Source: Kiritimatiellia bacterium
GTDB lineage: Bacteria > Verrucomicrobiota > Kiritimatiellia > RFP12 > JBMNHG01
DNA: 64,000 bases
Direction: 5' to 3'
Assembly (NCBI GenBank): GCA_050950285.1
Contig: JBMNHG010000003.1
Span: forward strand, 1 to 64,000
Below are positions 38,709 through 47,601 of this stretch, one piece after another (positions within the stretch are counted from its first letter, which is position 1; every line of letters begins with the position of its first letter). The notes beneath the pieces are model-generated. The model had not been told where the DNA came from and ran no database searches. It saw only the letters and a list, made by a program, of their open reading frames with translations. The position numbers and the translations under genes were made by a program.

Positions 38709-41144
38709 TCAATGGTTGTTCAGCCATGCGGAAAATTCCCAGGGCGTACTCACGCCATCCGGGTCCATTGTATAAACGTAGACGATTTCGCCAATGCCAA
38801 TTGCATAGTCCGTGCAGTTGTAGTTGAAAAGGTGATACCAAGGAGGGCTGTCATCACTCGCCTTGACTTGGGATAGAGCGAATGCAAGAGGAGCAAACCG
38901 GATAGGATACATCTTCTGACCTGAAGGCCAGTGTGCATCGACAGCAGCAACCCCCAGACGCACATCACCAACACAGCTCGGATTGCCTGCTATCGAAGGC
39001 CAGAACCCAATATAGTCAATGTAGTCCCGATGCTCTTCAGGCACGAGTTCCTGCGCGAATGCATCCAGCGAGTACTGGCCCCAGCTGTGTCCAACTTCCA
39101 GATTCTGCAAATCGCCTTCATCCGCGAAGAGTCCAACTTTGGCATCGTAGACATAGACGGTGGTGGTGAACCCGACGTTCGTACCTCCGCACGAGAATGT
39201 GAATTCGGTTTTGGAGGGTCCGGCCTGGGTTGTGCGACTGACGTACCGGGTGAGTTTGTCTCCGCCACTGCCGCCCTGAAGGGACATGCAGTCGGGAAGA
39301 TCGCTTTCGTCCATGTTGGGACTGATCAGCGCGCGAACGACGACGGAATCAACGGGCCACTCCAGCGCTTGCGCGATCGGAACCACGAAAACACGCGTCC
39401 GGGGGTTGCCGTCGCCATCCTCAATCTCGTGGAGATTCGTCATAGCGTCAGGCTCGATGGCCAGGACCTCGAATGTAGACACCTCTGAAGCGGAAACGAT
39501 TTCGGCATAGGCGTCGGTATGGTACAATCCATCGCCGGTATCGTACCGCAGCCGGACCGAGCCGTTGCTCCAGAACCAGACGTTGGTGGTGGCCTGCTCG
39601 TCCACCATCGCGCAGCCGTTGCCGTTGTTGTGGCCCTCGAAGAACGGGACTTCCGACTGGAGTTCGGTGGCGGTATATGCCCGCACGGACACCTTGTCGA
39701 ACCCGGAATTGTGGTCCTCCACACGGCCTTCGACGGTCAGCGAAAGCAGATAGCCGCAGTGCATGAGCGGGCCGACGCTGAAGACGTCCTCGACTTCCTG
39801 CCGGTTCGGGTTGGTCCCGCCGCAGTTCTCCGAGTCCTCGACGTCCACCCGCAAGCTGGAGTCGCCCCGGCAGTGCATCAGGCGATGGATCAGCTGCGTC
39901 GCGTTGATGGCCGGGTTGGCAGGATCGCCGCCCATTTGGAATTCCTGAAGATTGGTGAACCCGTCGCCGTCGGGGTCGCCATCGGCCCCGTTGGCGCCGG
40001 TCGCGTCCAGAGGATCGAGCCCGTACTGCACCTCCCAGCCGTCGGGAAGCCCGTCGCCGTCCGAGTCGGCATTGAGCGCGGATGTGCCGTGAACGAAAAG
40101 CTCGGCAGAGTCGGACAGGCCGTCTCCATCGGTATCCCAGTTGTGGGGATCGGTGCCGTAGAGCCGCACTTCGCGACCGTCGGGGATGCCGTCGCCGTCA
40201 CTGTCATGGTGCGTCCAGGCGTCGTAGAAGCGCCTCACGCGGTTCGTCGATTCCGCATCCACCCAGACCACGCGATTGGTCTGCATGTCCAGCGTCAAGG
40301 TGTCGGCGAGCGTCCAGTCCCTGGCGCAGAGGTCGGTGCAGGCAAAGATGTCGACGACGTTGGTGCCCAGTCCTTCGTCCGGCCAGGCCAGCGTCAGTCC
40401 GATGGTGCCGTTGATGGTCGTGCCGATGGCCGTGAACTGGAGATTCGAGACGCTGCCTCCCTCGCCGGATCGCATCATGGCGGCGGCTTCCCGCTCCTCG
40501 GCCAGCCGCGCGGCTTCGATGGAACGTGCCCAGACGTATTGGATCAGGTTGTCCTCGCCGACCAGCAGGTCGTAGCGCATGCAGACGCGGGCGGGATCGT
40601 AGCAGGCGGTCAGCCAGTCCCGCCGCCACTCTTCGTAGGTGTCAAGTGCCGGGTATAGGGCGCGGACGAACCATTCCGGCGAGTACTCTTGGTCGCGCCC
40701 GATCCGGGCGATGACCTTCTGCTCCAGGCTTTCGATGACGATCTCGCGTCCCGGACTGTCCGCGTCCTCGTATATCCAGACCGGAAAGCGCACCACGCCG
40801 TCCGCGCCGATCTCGCCCGCAAGGTTGTCGATGAAGGACGCCGGAAAGGCTTTCAGATCGAGAATGGGGATCGTCTCGCCGGGCTGAAAGAGGATGAACT
40901 CGGGGTCGGGTGGCGATATCCAGAGATAGAGTTCCTGATCCCTCAGAAAGCGTCCGGACAGATCCTGGAGGTCGGTCGCCTGGCGCTCGAGGAGGGCATG
41001 GTGCAGCCACCGGTTGTAGATATCCTCGGCGTCTTCGTTCTCCCCGAGCATCGCCGCGACGACCCATGTGGCGCAGGCCATCGCAAGGGCCAAAGGCAGC
41101 AGCCAGAATCGCCGCGATTTGAGCAGGTAACGCATCGAATGCAT
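38709..41144 (-). CDS. Polymorphic-toxin paralogue 3: same N-terminus, C-terminal permuted papain-like (NlpC/P60-fold) domain
   Basis: Colinear with paralogue 2 up to DAYAEI (~39498). The tip has VGHSW...IGFWP...YHLFNYNCTDYA (His before Cys). Confidence 0.72.
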   Translation of the reverse strand: MHSMRYLLKSRRFWLLPLALAMACATWVVAAMLGENEDAEDIYNRWLHHALLERQATDLQDLSGRFLRDQELYLWISPPDPEFILFQPGETIPILDLKAFPASFIDNLAGEIGADGVVRFPVWIYEDADSPGREIVIESLEQKVIARIGRDQEYSPEWFVRALYPALDTYEEWRRDWLTACYDPARVCMRYDLLVGEDNLIQYVWARSIEAARLAEEREAAAMMRSGEGGSVSNLQFTAIGTTINGTIGLTLAWPDEGLGTNVVDIFACTDLCARDWTLADTLTLDMQTNRVVWVDAESTNRVRRFYDAWTHHDSDGDGIPDGREVRLYGTDPHNWDTDGDGLSDSAELFVHGTSALNADSDGDGLPDGWEVQYGLDPLDATGANGADGDPDGDGFTNLQEFQMGGDPANPAINATQLIHRLMHCRGDSSLRVDVEDSENCGGTNPNRQEVEDVFSVGPLMHCGYLLSLTVEGRVEDHNSGFDKVSVRAYTATELQSEVPFFEGHNNGNGCAMVDEQATTNVWFWSNGSVRLRYDTGDGLYHTDAYAEIVSASEVSTFEVLAIEPDAMTNLHEIEDGDGNPRTRVFVVPIAQALEWPVDSVVVRALISPNMDESDLPDCMSLQGGSGGDKLTRYVSRTTQAGPSKTEFTFSCGGTNVGFTTTVYVYDAKVGLFADEGDLQNLEVGHSWGQYSLDAFAQELVPEEHRDYIDYIGFWPSIAGNPSCVGDVRLGVAAVDAHWPSGQKMYPIRFAPLAFALSQVKASDDSPPWYHLFNYNCTDYAIGIGEIVYVYTMDPDGVSTPWEFSAWLNNH

Positions 41145-41573
41145 CTCTCCGAATGAACCAGCAGACTCAGGGGCACAGACCCGCATGATCGAACACGAAA
41201 CCCTTTTACATCAGAGGGCCGGAATCGTCAAGGACGGTTTTGTCCGGCGAACTTTTTTCGCCAACCGTCCGCCACTTTCGCCCGCCGCCGGGGATGTATC
41301 TCGTAGAGGTGCGGCGAAGGGCGACCGGCGGTAAACCCGAAATAAGTTGTTCCGCTGGGAGCCCCCCCCCTTACCTGTTGGATGCCGCTCGACAACCGGG
41401 AAAACGGGTACTGAAGCACTATATGTGTAACCAGCGGATGCCGCCAGTAAAGCCCTTTTGACCAGCCGATGTTTGAAGGCGACTCTCCGCATGGTGCGGA
41501 AATCTGGCGCACGGCCTTGACAATCGTACTCACATGGGATATACATTGTGTCATCCAAAGAGAGAGGCGCGCC

Positions 41574-41801
41574 ATGATCAAAACCCTGACCAAGCACGGC
41601 AACAGCTACGCGATGGTGATCGACAAGCCGATCCTCGAGCTGCTCCATACCACGCCGGAAACGCCGTTTGAGATTATCTCGGACGGCCGCTCGCTCGTGC
41701 TGACGCCGGTGCGGGATGACGCCGCCGAGAAAAAGTTCGACGATGCCGTCGCCATGCTGCACAAGCGGTTCGGCAAGGCCATGAAGCGACTCGCCGAGTA
41801 G
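41574..41801 (+). CDS. AbrB/MazE-family antitoxin, copy B
   Basis: Near-identical to 30659-30886. Confidence 0.88.
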   Translation: MIKTLTKHGNSYAMVIDKPILELLHTTPETPFEIISDGRSLVLTPVRDDAAEKKFDDAVAMLHKRFGKAMKRLAE

Positions 41802-41804
41802 TCC

Positions 41805-41948
41805 ATGGTCACACCGCTCTTTCTTGATCTCGACCAGATCATACGCCTGCACGGCGAACTGATTGCGCGCCATGGCGGGATCGACGGCACGCGCGACATC
41901 GGCCTGCTGCATTCCGCCATTGCTATGCCCCAGGCGTCCTACGGCGGC
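41805..41948 (+). pseudogene. Doc toxin 5' fragment
   Basis: LFLDLDQIIRLHGELIARHGGIDGTRDIGLLHSAIAMPQASYGG, then unrelated sequence. Confidence 0.8.
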
Positions 41949-42501
41949 TGCGCGTCACGCGCCAGGGAAAATGGTCCCACCCCGGCCATTCGGTCGCGAG
42001 TTCCGCCAGCCGCGCTTCAAGGGCATCGACCGTGCAGGTCTCCCGGTAGTCGAACTCGTAACCGACCGGCCACATCTGCTGGTGTGTCCATGGTTGGTGG
42101 TGTCGGGAGAGTCCAGAAAGTGTGCGCCGCGCGCCGGTGCTGTCCGCAGCCTGACGGTCATCCCGAGAGGGATTCACCCCGCCCGCCGGTATCCTGCCGG
42201 CACGCCTCGCGGCCCGGAAGACGGCACCATGCCATCCCGCCGAACCATGGAAAGCGTAGCAGATTATCCGGGCGGGAATCAACCCAATCGGGCGTTTTGT
42301 GAATAACTTTTTGGCTTCCCTGGGCGCAACGAGAAGTGATAATCTTTTTGATTAATAACTTCAGCCGCTGCGTGCGAGTTGCTCGGTCAGCACATTATAT
42401 CCCTTGATAGGGGCCGCGCCAACGGCGACGAGTTCAGCGACGTCTCGCCATTTGCGCGTTCGCGGCAGTTGCCCAAGTCGGATGTGCCCCATCGGTGCAC
42501 T

Positions 42502-45213
42502 TCACACATCACTTTTCGCCCGAACTTCGTGCCGCGCGGCCAGCCCGGCAAGGGTCATCTGATTTTGTATCTGATCGTGCGGAATCAGCAGGTATCGCCA
42601 GGGCTTGCCGCCGTTGTCGTTGGCGTGGGCCGTGGCGTGTTTACTCCAGGTAGCTGCCGCGTCGGCCTTGGCCAGCACGACCTCGTCAGTCATCTCGTTT
42701 GCCCGCTTCGGCTCGCAGAGGAACTTTTCCGTTGTCGTCTCCACGACGAAGTCGGGTTCGTAGGATTCCTCGTGGCTGTAGTGAATCTGGAAGTCGCCCT
42801 TAGCGGGCTTGAACCACTTCAGCACGTCGGCATCGTTCTCCAGGATCACCGCGAACCGGCGCTCCGGGTCAGAATCGAACTTCTGGATCGGATACAGGCA
42901 CTTGCCGAAACCGCCGAAGACCATTGTACCGATACGATTGCGCTGACCCTCCGGAATCGTTGCCCGGAAGTCCCGCACGTTCTCGTCGGCAGCCGCCGAG
43001 TAATTGTTTGCCCGCAAGGTGTGGAAGCCCCGCGTTACGTGGGCTTCATAGGCGCTCGCGGATTCGACGTAGTGCTGCTGCATCTGGGCATGGATCAGGT
43101 TCACGAGCGCCTGCTGGTGGAACTGGAGGACATTGATTACGTCATCTTCTTCCGACAGATACGACCGCAGCCGCGCCACGACCTGCCCGGCAAGCTTGTA
43201 CAGAAGCGCTGCGTGCTCGTCGTAGCTGACATCGTCGAAGTCGATCAGGCCGCGCACCAGATAGTCCTCGGGACGTTTCTCCGCGATGATACCGCTGCCG
43301 TCCATGAGCCGATAAAGTCCTTGGTCGTGCAGTTGCTTGATGAGTATGCTCTGCTCGACGGGTTGCTGGTTGACGTTACGAACGTCCAGGTCGAAGTCTT
43401 CGTAGCCGCACGTGACCTCGCCCTTGGGAACGACCACGATCTTCGGCACGTCGATGGAGAGCGCCCGGTACAGTTCCGTGGTTTCGCGCACCACCTCGGC
43501 TACGTTCACGACTTCGTTAATGCCTTCCAGCATTCCTTGAGCGGGTCGGACGATCTCCTGCACCTTCTGCACGATCTCCGCCTGGACGGCCGAGTCCTGG
43601 AGTTGATCGCTGCCCTTGAGTCGCTCGTACTGTTTGATGACTTGATAGGTTGCCTTGGCAACTGCCTGCTCCTCGGGCTTCTCGAAGAGCTTTCGCTGCT
43701 CGACCGCTGGCTGTCCGGCAGCCGCTGGCCGCGCGGGGACAGTGCCTCCGGAGATAGCGTGCTCGAAGGCGCTCTTCACTTCCACGGCCTTCCGTCCGGC
43801 CTCCGGAATATCCCGTCCGATCACCACACCCGCCCGAATGATGGAATCCGGATCATTGGCGTGGTCGACGATCTCCTGGAACTTGTCGTGCGAAACAATC
43901 GTCAGGCGATCCACAGCCGGAACACCCACCCGCTTGCCGTAGGGGAGGCGCAGGCCGCGACCGATGCACTGCTCGACCAGGATACGCGAGTTCGCTGCCC
44001 GCAACGGAACAATCGTGTAGAGGTTCGTCACATCCCATCCTTCCTTGAGCATGTTGACGTGGATCACGATTTCTACCGGGTTGTCCGCGTGCTCGACAGT
44101 GAGAAGCTGCTGGATGACCTCGTCGTATTCTTCTCCCCGTACTTTGGAGTGAACCTGGATAACCTTGCCCTTGTAGCGCCCCTCGAAAAACGTATCGCCC
44201 TCGATGACCTGTTGAAGGGCATTGGCGTGCGTCGTGTCGGTCGCCACGACCAGCATGAACGGCTTGACGATGGGCTTGTCGTTGTTGCGGGAGTAGACCT
44301 CCAATTCGACCTTCGTGTTCTCGTGAATCCGCACGCCGTCTTCGAGTTTTACCTTCTCCAGTCCCTCGGGAGAGTAGGCGTTGGGATCGAAGTTTTCGCG
44401 GGTCGCCACGGCGGGTTCTTTTACAAAGCCGTCCGTCATGGCCGACGAGAGAGGATAGCTGTATATCACGTTCTTGAAGTCGTTGCCACCCGGCTCCTTG
44501 GGTGTAGCGGTCAGTTCGAGGCCGAGAATCGGCTTCAACTCGTTGATCGCCCGCACGCCAGCCGTGGCCCGGTAGCGATGGCTCTCGTCCATCAGCATGA
44601 CAAGGTCTTCCAGTCCGGCGAGATAATCGAAGTAGCTCTGGCCGATGTACTCGCTGAGTCGCTTGATCCGGGGAGCGCTGCCGCCCCGCACCTCGCTGTT
44701 GATCTTCGAGATGTTGAAGATGTTGATGTGGACATCGTGGCCCCAGTCCACGCCAGGAAGTTGATCGTCGCGCCGCACGCCGCGCCCGTCCTCGTAGGTG
44801 TCGCCGGTGATGACGAGAGGGGGATGCACGTTAAATTCGCCGATTCCCTTGAAGACATACTTCGGCGTGTTGGGCGTGAAGTCGGCGATCAGCTTGTTGT
44901 AGATCGTGAGGTTCGGAGCCAGCACGAAGAAGTTGCGGATGCCCTCGGACTGGTATAGGTAGGCGATGAACGCGCCCATGAGGCGTGTTTTCCCGACGCC
45001 TGTGGCAATCGCGAAGCACAGCGATGGAAACTCCCGTTCAAAGTCCTCAACCGTGGGAAACTCGCTCTTGATCGCCGTCAGAGCCGCGACGGGATCGGCG
45101 TCTTTCGACAACTCGATGATCTCGCAGACGCGGGCCAGGATTTCGAGAGAGTCCCGCTGGGGAGGCCGGAGACTCAGGCGATTGCTGATGGAATTGATGT
45201 GTTGAATGCTCAT
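42502..45213 (-). CDS. res: Type III restriction enzyme Res subunit
   Basis: LSLRPPQ, ATGVGKT, DESH, LTATP, MLKEGWDV, YEPDFVVE..CEPK. Confidence 0.92.
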   Translation of the reverse strand: MSIQHINSISNRLSLRPPQRDSLEILARVCEIIELSKDADPVAALTAIKSEFPTVEDFEREFPSLCFAIATGVGKTRLMGAFIAYLYQSEGIRNFFVLAPNLTIYNKLIADFTPNTPKYVFKGIGEFNVHPPLVITGDTYEDGRGVRRDDQLPGVDWGHDVHINIFNISKINSEVRGGSAPRIKRLSEYIGQSYFDYLAGLEDLVMLMDESHRYRATAGVRAINELKPILGLELTATPKEPGGNDFKNVIYSYPLSSAMTDGFVKEPAVATRENFDPNAYSPEGLEKVKLEDGVRIHENTKVELEVYSRNNDKPIVKPFMLVVATDTTHANALQQVIEGDTFFEGRYKGKVIQVHSKVRGEEYDEVIQQLLTVEHADNPVEIVIHVNMLKEGWDVTNLYTIVPLRAANSRILVEQCIGRGLRLPYGKRVGVPAVDRLTIVSHDKFQEIVDHANDPDSIIRAGVVIGRDIPEAGRKAVEVKSAFEHAISGGTVPARPAAAGQPAVEQRKLFEKPEEQAVAKATYQVIKQYERLKGSDQLQDSAVQAEIVQKVQEIVRPAQGMLEGINEVVNVAEVVRETTELYRALSIDVPKIVVVPKGEVTCGYEDFDLDVRNVNQQPVEQSILIKQLHDQGLYRLMDGSGIIAEKRPEDYLVRGLIDFDDVSYDEHAALLYKLAGQVVARLRSYLSEEDDVINVLQFHQQALVNLIHAQMQQHYVESASAYEAHVTRGFHTLRANNYSAAADENVRDFRATIPEGQRNRIGTMVFGGFGKCLYPIQKFDSDPERRFAVILENDADVLKWFKPAKGDFQIHYSHEESYEPDFVVETTTEKFLCEPKRANEMTDEVVLAKADAAATWSKHATAHANDNGGKPWRYLLIPHDQIQNQMTLAGLAARHEVRAKSDV

Positions 45214-45695
45214 GAATGGGCTCCGATTTGAACCGCAGATGACGCAGATTCACGCAGATAGTGATTTACGAAACGCTTATGCTCAAGACGCGGGGTGGCG
45301 AAGTTGAACAGAAGCGCCCGATCGAGGTCCGTGGCTTTGAGATAGTGCAGCACTTGCGCGTCTTCGATTTCCGTTAGCTTCTTGATGGCCTTCAGCTCTA
45401 CAATGATGCCGTCATAGCAGACGAAATCAGCCCTATAGGGCGTGGACAGTTGGCATCCCTTGTACAAGACCGGGATGGGTTGCTCACGCTGATACGGAAT
45501 GCCGCGCATGACAAACTCTCGTTCAAGAGCGTCCTGATAAACAGCTTCAAGAAAGCCGTTACCGAGGACACTGTGAACTTCCATTGCAGCGCCAATGATG
45601 GCAAACGTCTCCGGGTCGCGGGAAACCACGGATGGCGCAGAGTCTTGGTGAACCGCAGATGGCGCAGATTGTCGCAGAAGATGGTCAGAACTCAT
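45210..45695 (-). CDS. GxxExxY protein (PD-(D/E)XK-like)
   Basis: IIGAAMEVHSVLGNGFLEAVYQ, YRADF, IIVELKA, QVLHYLKAT. Confidence 0.92.
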   Translation of the reverse strand: MSSDHLLRQSAPSAVHQDSAPSVVSRDPETFAIIGAAMEVHSVLGNGFLEAVYQDALEREFVMRGIPYQREQPIPVLYKGCQLSTPYRADFVCYDGIIVELKAIKKLTEIEDAQVLHYLKATDLDRALLFNFATPRLEHKRFVNHYLRESASSAVQIGAHS

Positions 45696-45803
45696 GATGA
45701 TGTGTCCTCGGCAAAATCAAACAGCATAGGCCCTAAATCCTTGCCTTTCCCAAACTTTCTAACCCGCTTTCCCAATCTGCGTTCATCTGCGTCATCTGCG
45801 GTT
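45231..45803. repeat. AACCGCAGAT 9-nt-periodic arms flanking the GxxExxY gene
   Basis: Arms at 45231-45259, 45624-45642 and 45651-45678; inverted arm at 45775-45803. Confidence 0.8.
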
Positions 45804-47503
45804 AATCTCTCTTCGATTCTCACCGGTAGGTTGCGGATCTCCAACGAGTAGTCGTCGTGGCCCCACTCGCACTTCTTGAGGACTGCCTTTGGGATCTTCT
45901 TCACGGTCAGGTTCTCGAACTGGCTTACATCGCAACGGAACGCTCCACAGCAGATCAGCAGACTCCGGTTCGGGCCGACCTCGTCGCTGAGCTTCGTCAG
46001 CATCTCCTTCGTCATCATCTGTGTGGTCACATAGATGAAGTCCGTCTCGGAACTGCGGCCCTGCTGCCAGTAAACATCCGCGTTCGGCTCAAAGGTGAAG
46101 CCTTCCAGCTTGCACATCGCCTCGGCCAGCATCGCGGCGTTGAAATCAGGGTTGATGACCGGATTTTCCCACTCGTCTTTGACGATCAGTGACGGTCCGA
46201 GCTTGTAGTAACGGAACCCGCCGCCGCCCTTCCAATTCACCGCCTTACTGATTCCCCCCTGATCCTCGCCGTCAATAACCTTCTTCATTCGCGGAATTAT
46301 GTGGGTATGGCAGTGCTCACCAAGTTCCACCATGATCCACCGGCGGCCCATCTTGTGGGCGACTGCGCCGGTCGTTCCAGACCCTGCAAACGAGTCAAGA
46401 ACCCAATCACCGGCATCCGTCGCCATGTCGAGAATGCGGCGGATGAGTTTCTCAGGCTTCTTGCTCTTTGGAAACTCTACGCCCCCCTCTCGAGCTATGC
46501 CCTGCCAGGGAATGTCGTCCCACCAATTGGTCAAAGGTTCCACAAGACCCGCCTCGTCGCCATCGCCATCCACCTTATCCGAGAGAAACAGAATTCGATT
46601 GCCTTCCTTGAAGAACATGTCGCTATAGCCATCACGCTCCAGTCGAAGTATTTTGCCGCCGTTTGCCTTCGATTCATCGATGAGGTTTCTCGCGGCTTGA
46701 CTGACCCCCGCGTAGTTGGGTTGCGCGTAGCGGATGACTTCCTGCGGATGGGATATCGCATAGGAAACGAACTGTTCGTCAAATGCCTTCTTCCCAAGTT
46801 CCTTCCGAGCTTGTCTTGAAGACTCATACCCGAGCGTCCGAGCCACATGGTCGGCCAGGGACTCAAAACGCCACTTTTCAAATGAGTCTGACGGGTTAAT
46901 CAGCCGTATTGTATATGCCCAATCGTAGTCGCCTCGCGCAACATACGTGGGTCTGTATCGCCACTGAGACTTATCCTTCGCGTATATATGAATATACTCA
47001 GTCACATTCACGGGCGTTGGATTAATCGTCTTGTGGCCAGTGGCCGCGCTTCGCTTGATCGACACCGTCAGGACGCGATTTTTCCGGCCGAAGATCTCGT
47101 CAAGCAACACCTGCAGATAGCTGCTCTCCGTGTCATCGATTTCCACGAACAAAGCGCCATCCGAAGAAAGCAGCGAATGAAGAAGCGTTAGGCGGTCGCG
47201 CATGAGCGATAGCCAGAGGGAATGCTCTACGCCGTCGTCGTAGTGCTCAAAAGCCTGTCCAGTGTTAAAGGGTGGGTCTATGTAGATGCACTTGATCCGA
47301 CCGTGGAACTCCTGTTCGAGCGCCTTGAGGGCCAGGAGGTTGTCGCCAAAGATCAGGCGATTATCGAAGATGTCGTTGTCAGTCACCCGCTGGGCGGCGT
47401 GATACGACTTCTCCGGGTCCTCGAGCAGGATGCGCGGCTCCAGTTTGGGCCGATTCTCCTTGCCGATCCAGGTCAGCTCCAGACGTGTGTTGCTCTTTGC
47501 CAT
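45692..47503 (-). CDS. mod: Type III R-M DNA methyltransferase (Mod)
   Basis: GDNLLALK, IYIDPPFNTG, KPEKLI, VLDSFAGSGTT. Confidence 0.93.
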   Translation of the reverse strand: MAKSNTRLELTWIGKENRPKLEPRILLEDPEKSYHAAQRVTDNDIFDNRLIFGDNLLALKALEQEFHGRIKCIYIDPPFNTGQAFEHYDDGVEHSLWLSLMRDRLTLLHSLLSSDGALFVEIDDTESSYLQVLLDEIFGRKNRVLTVSIKRSAATGHKTINPTPVNVTEYIHIYAKDKSQWRYRPTYVARGDYDWAYTIRLINPSDSFEKWRFESLADHVARTLGYESSRQARKELGKKAFDEQFVSYAISHPQEVIRYAQPNYAGVSQAARNLIDESKANGGKILRLERDGYSDMFFKEGNRILFLSDKVDGDGDEAGLVEPLTNWWDDIPWQGIAREGGVEFPKSKKPEKLIRRILDMATDAGDWVLDSFAGSGTTGAVAHKMGRRWIMVELGEHCHTHIIPRMKKVIDGEDQGGISKAVNWKGGGGFRYYKLGPSLIVKDEWENPVINPDFNAAMLAEAMCKLEGFTFEPNADVYWQQGRSSETDFIYVTTQMMTKEMLTKLSDEVGPNRSLLICCGAFRCDVSQFENLTVKKIPKAVLKKCEWGHDDYSLEIRNLPVRIEERLTADDADERRLGKRVRKFGKGKDLGPMLFDFAEDTSS

Positions 47504-47520
47504 ATCAAATCATCTCCTTG

Positions 47521-47599
47521 AACCGCCAAGACGCCAAGGTCGCCAAGAACAGGATCCTTTGCATCTTCTCGCTTGGTGCCTTTGGCATTCTTGGTGGTT
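47521..47599. repeat. Intergenic AACC...GGTT palindromic element
   Basis: AACCGCCAAG-ACGCCAAG-GTCGCCAAG ... CTTGGTGC-CTTTGGCATT-CTTGGTGGTT. Confidence 0.8.
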
Positions 47600-47601
47600 A
47601 T

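Noticed and set aside
25293..41144. Diversity-generating retroelement or invertase shufflon behind the variable C-termini
   Set aside because: No reverse transcriptase or invertase, no adenine-specific template/variable pair, and the tips are non-homologous replacements.
42379..44958. 859-aa plus-strand ORF (likewise 55887-58133, 59744-61618 and 21189-22691)
   Set aside because: Antisense shadows of well-supported genes, with no motifs of their own.
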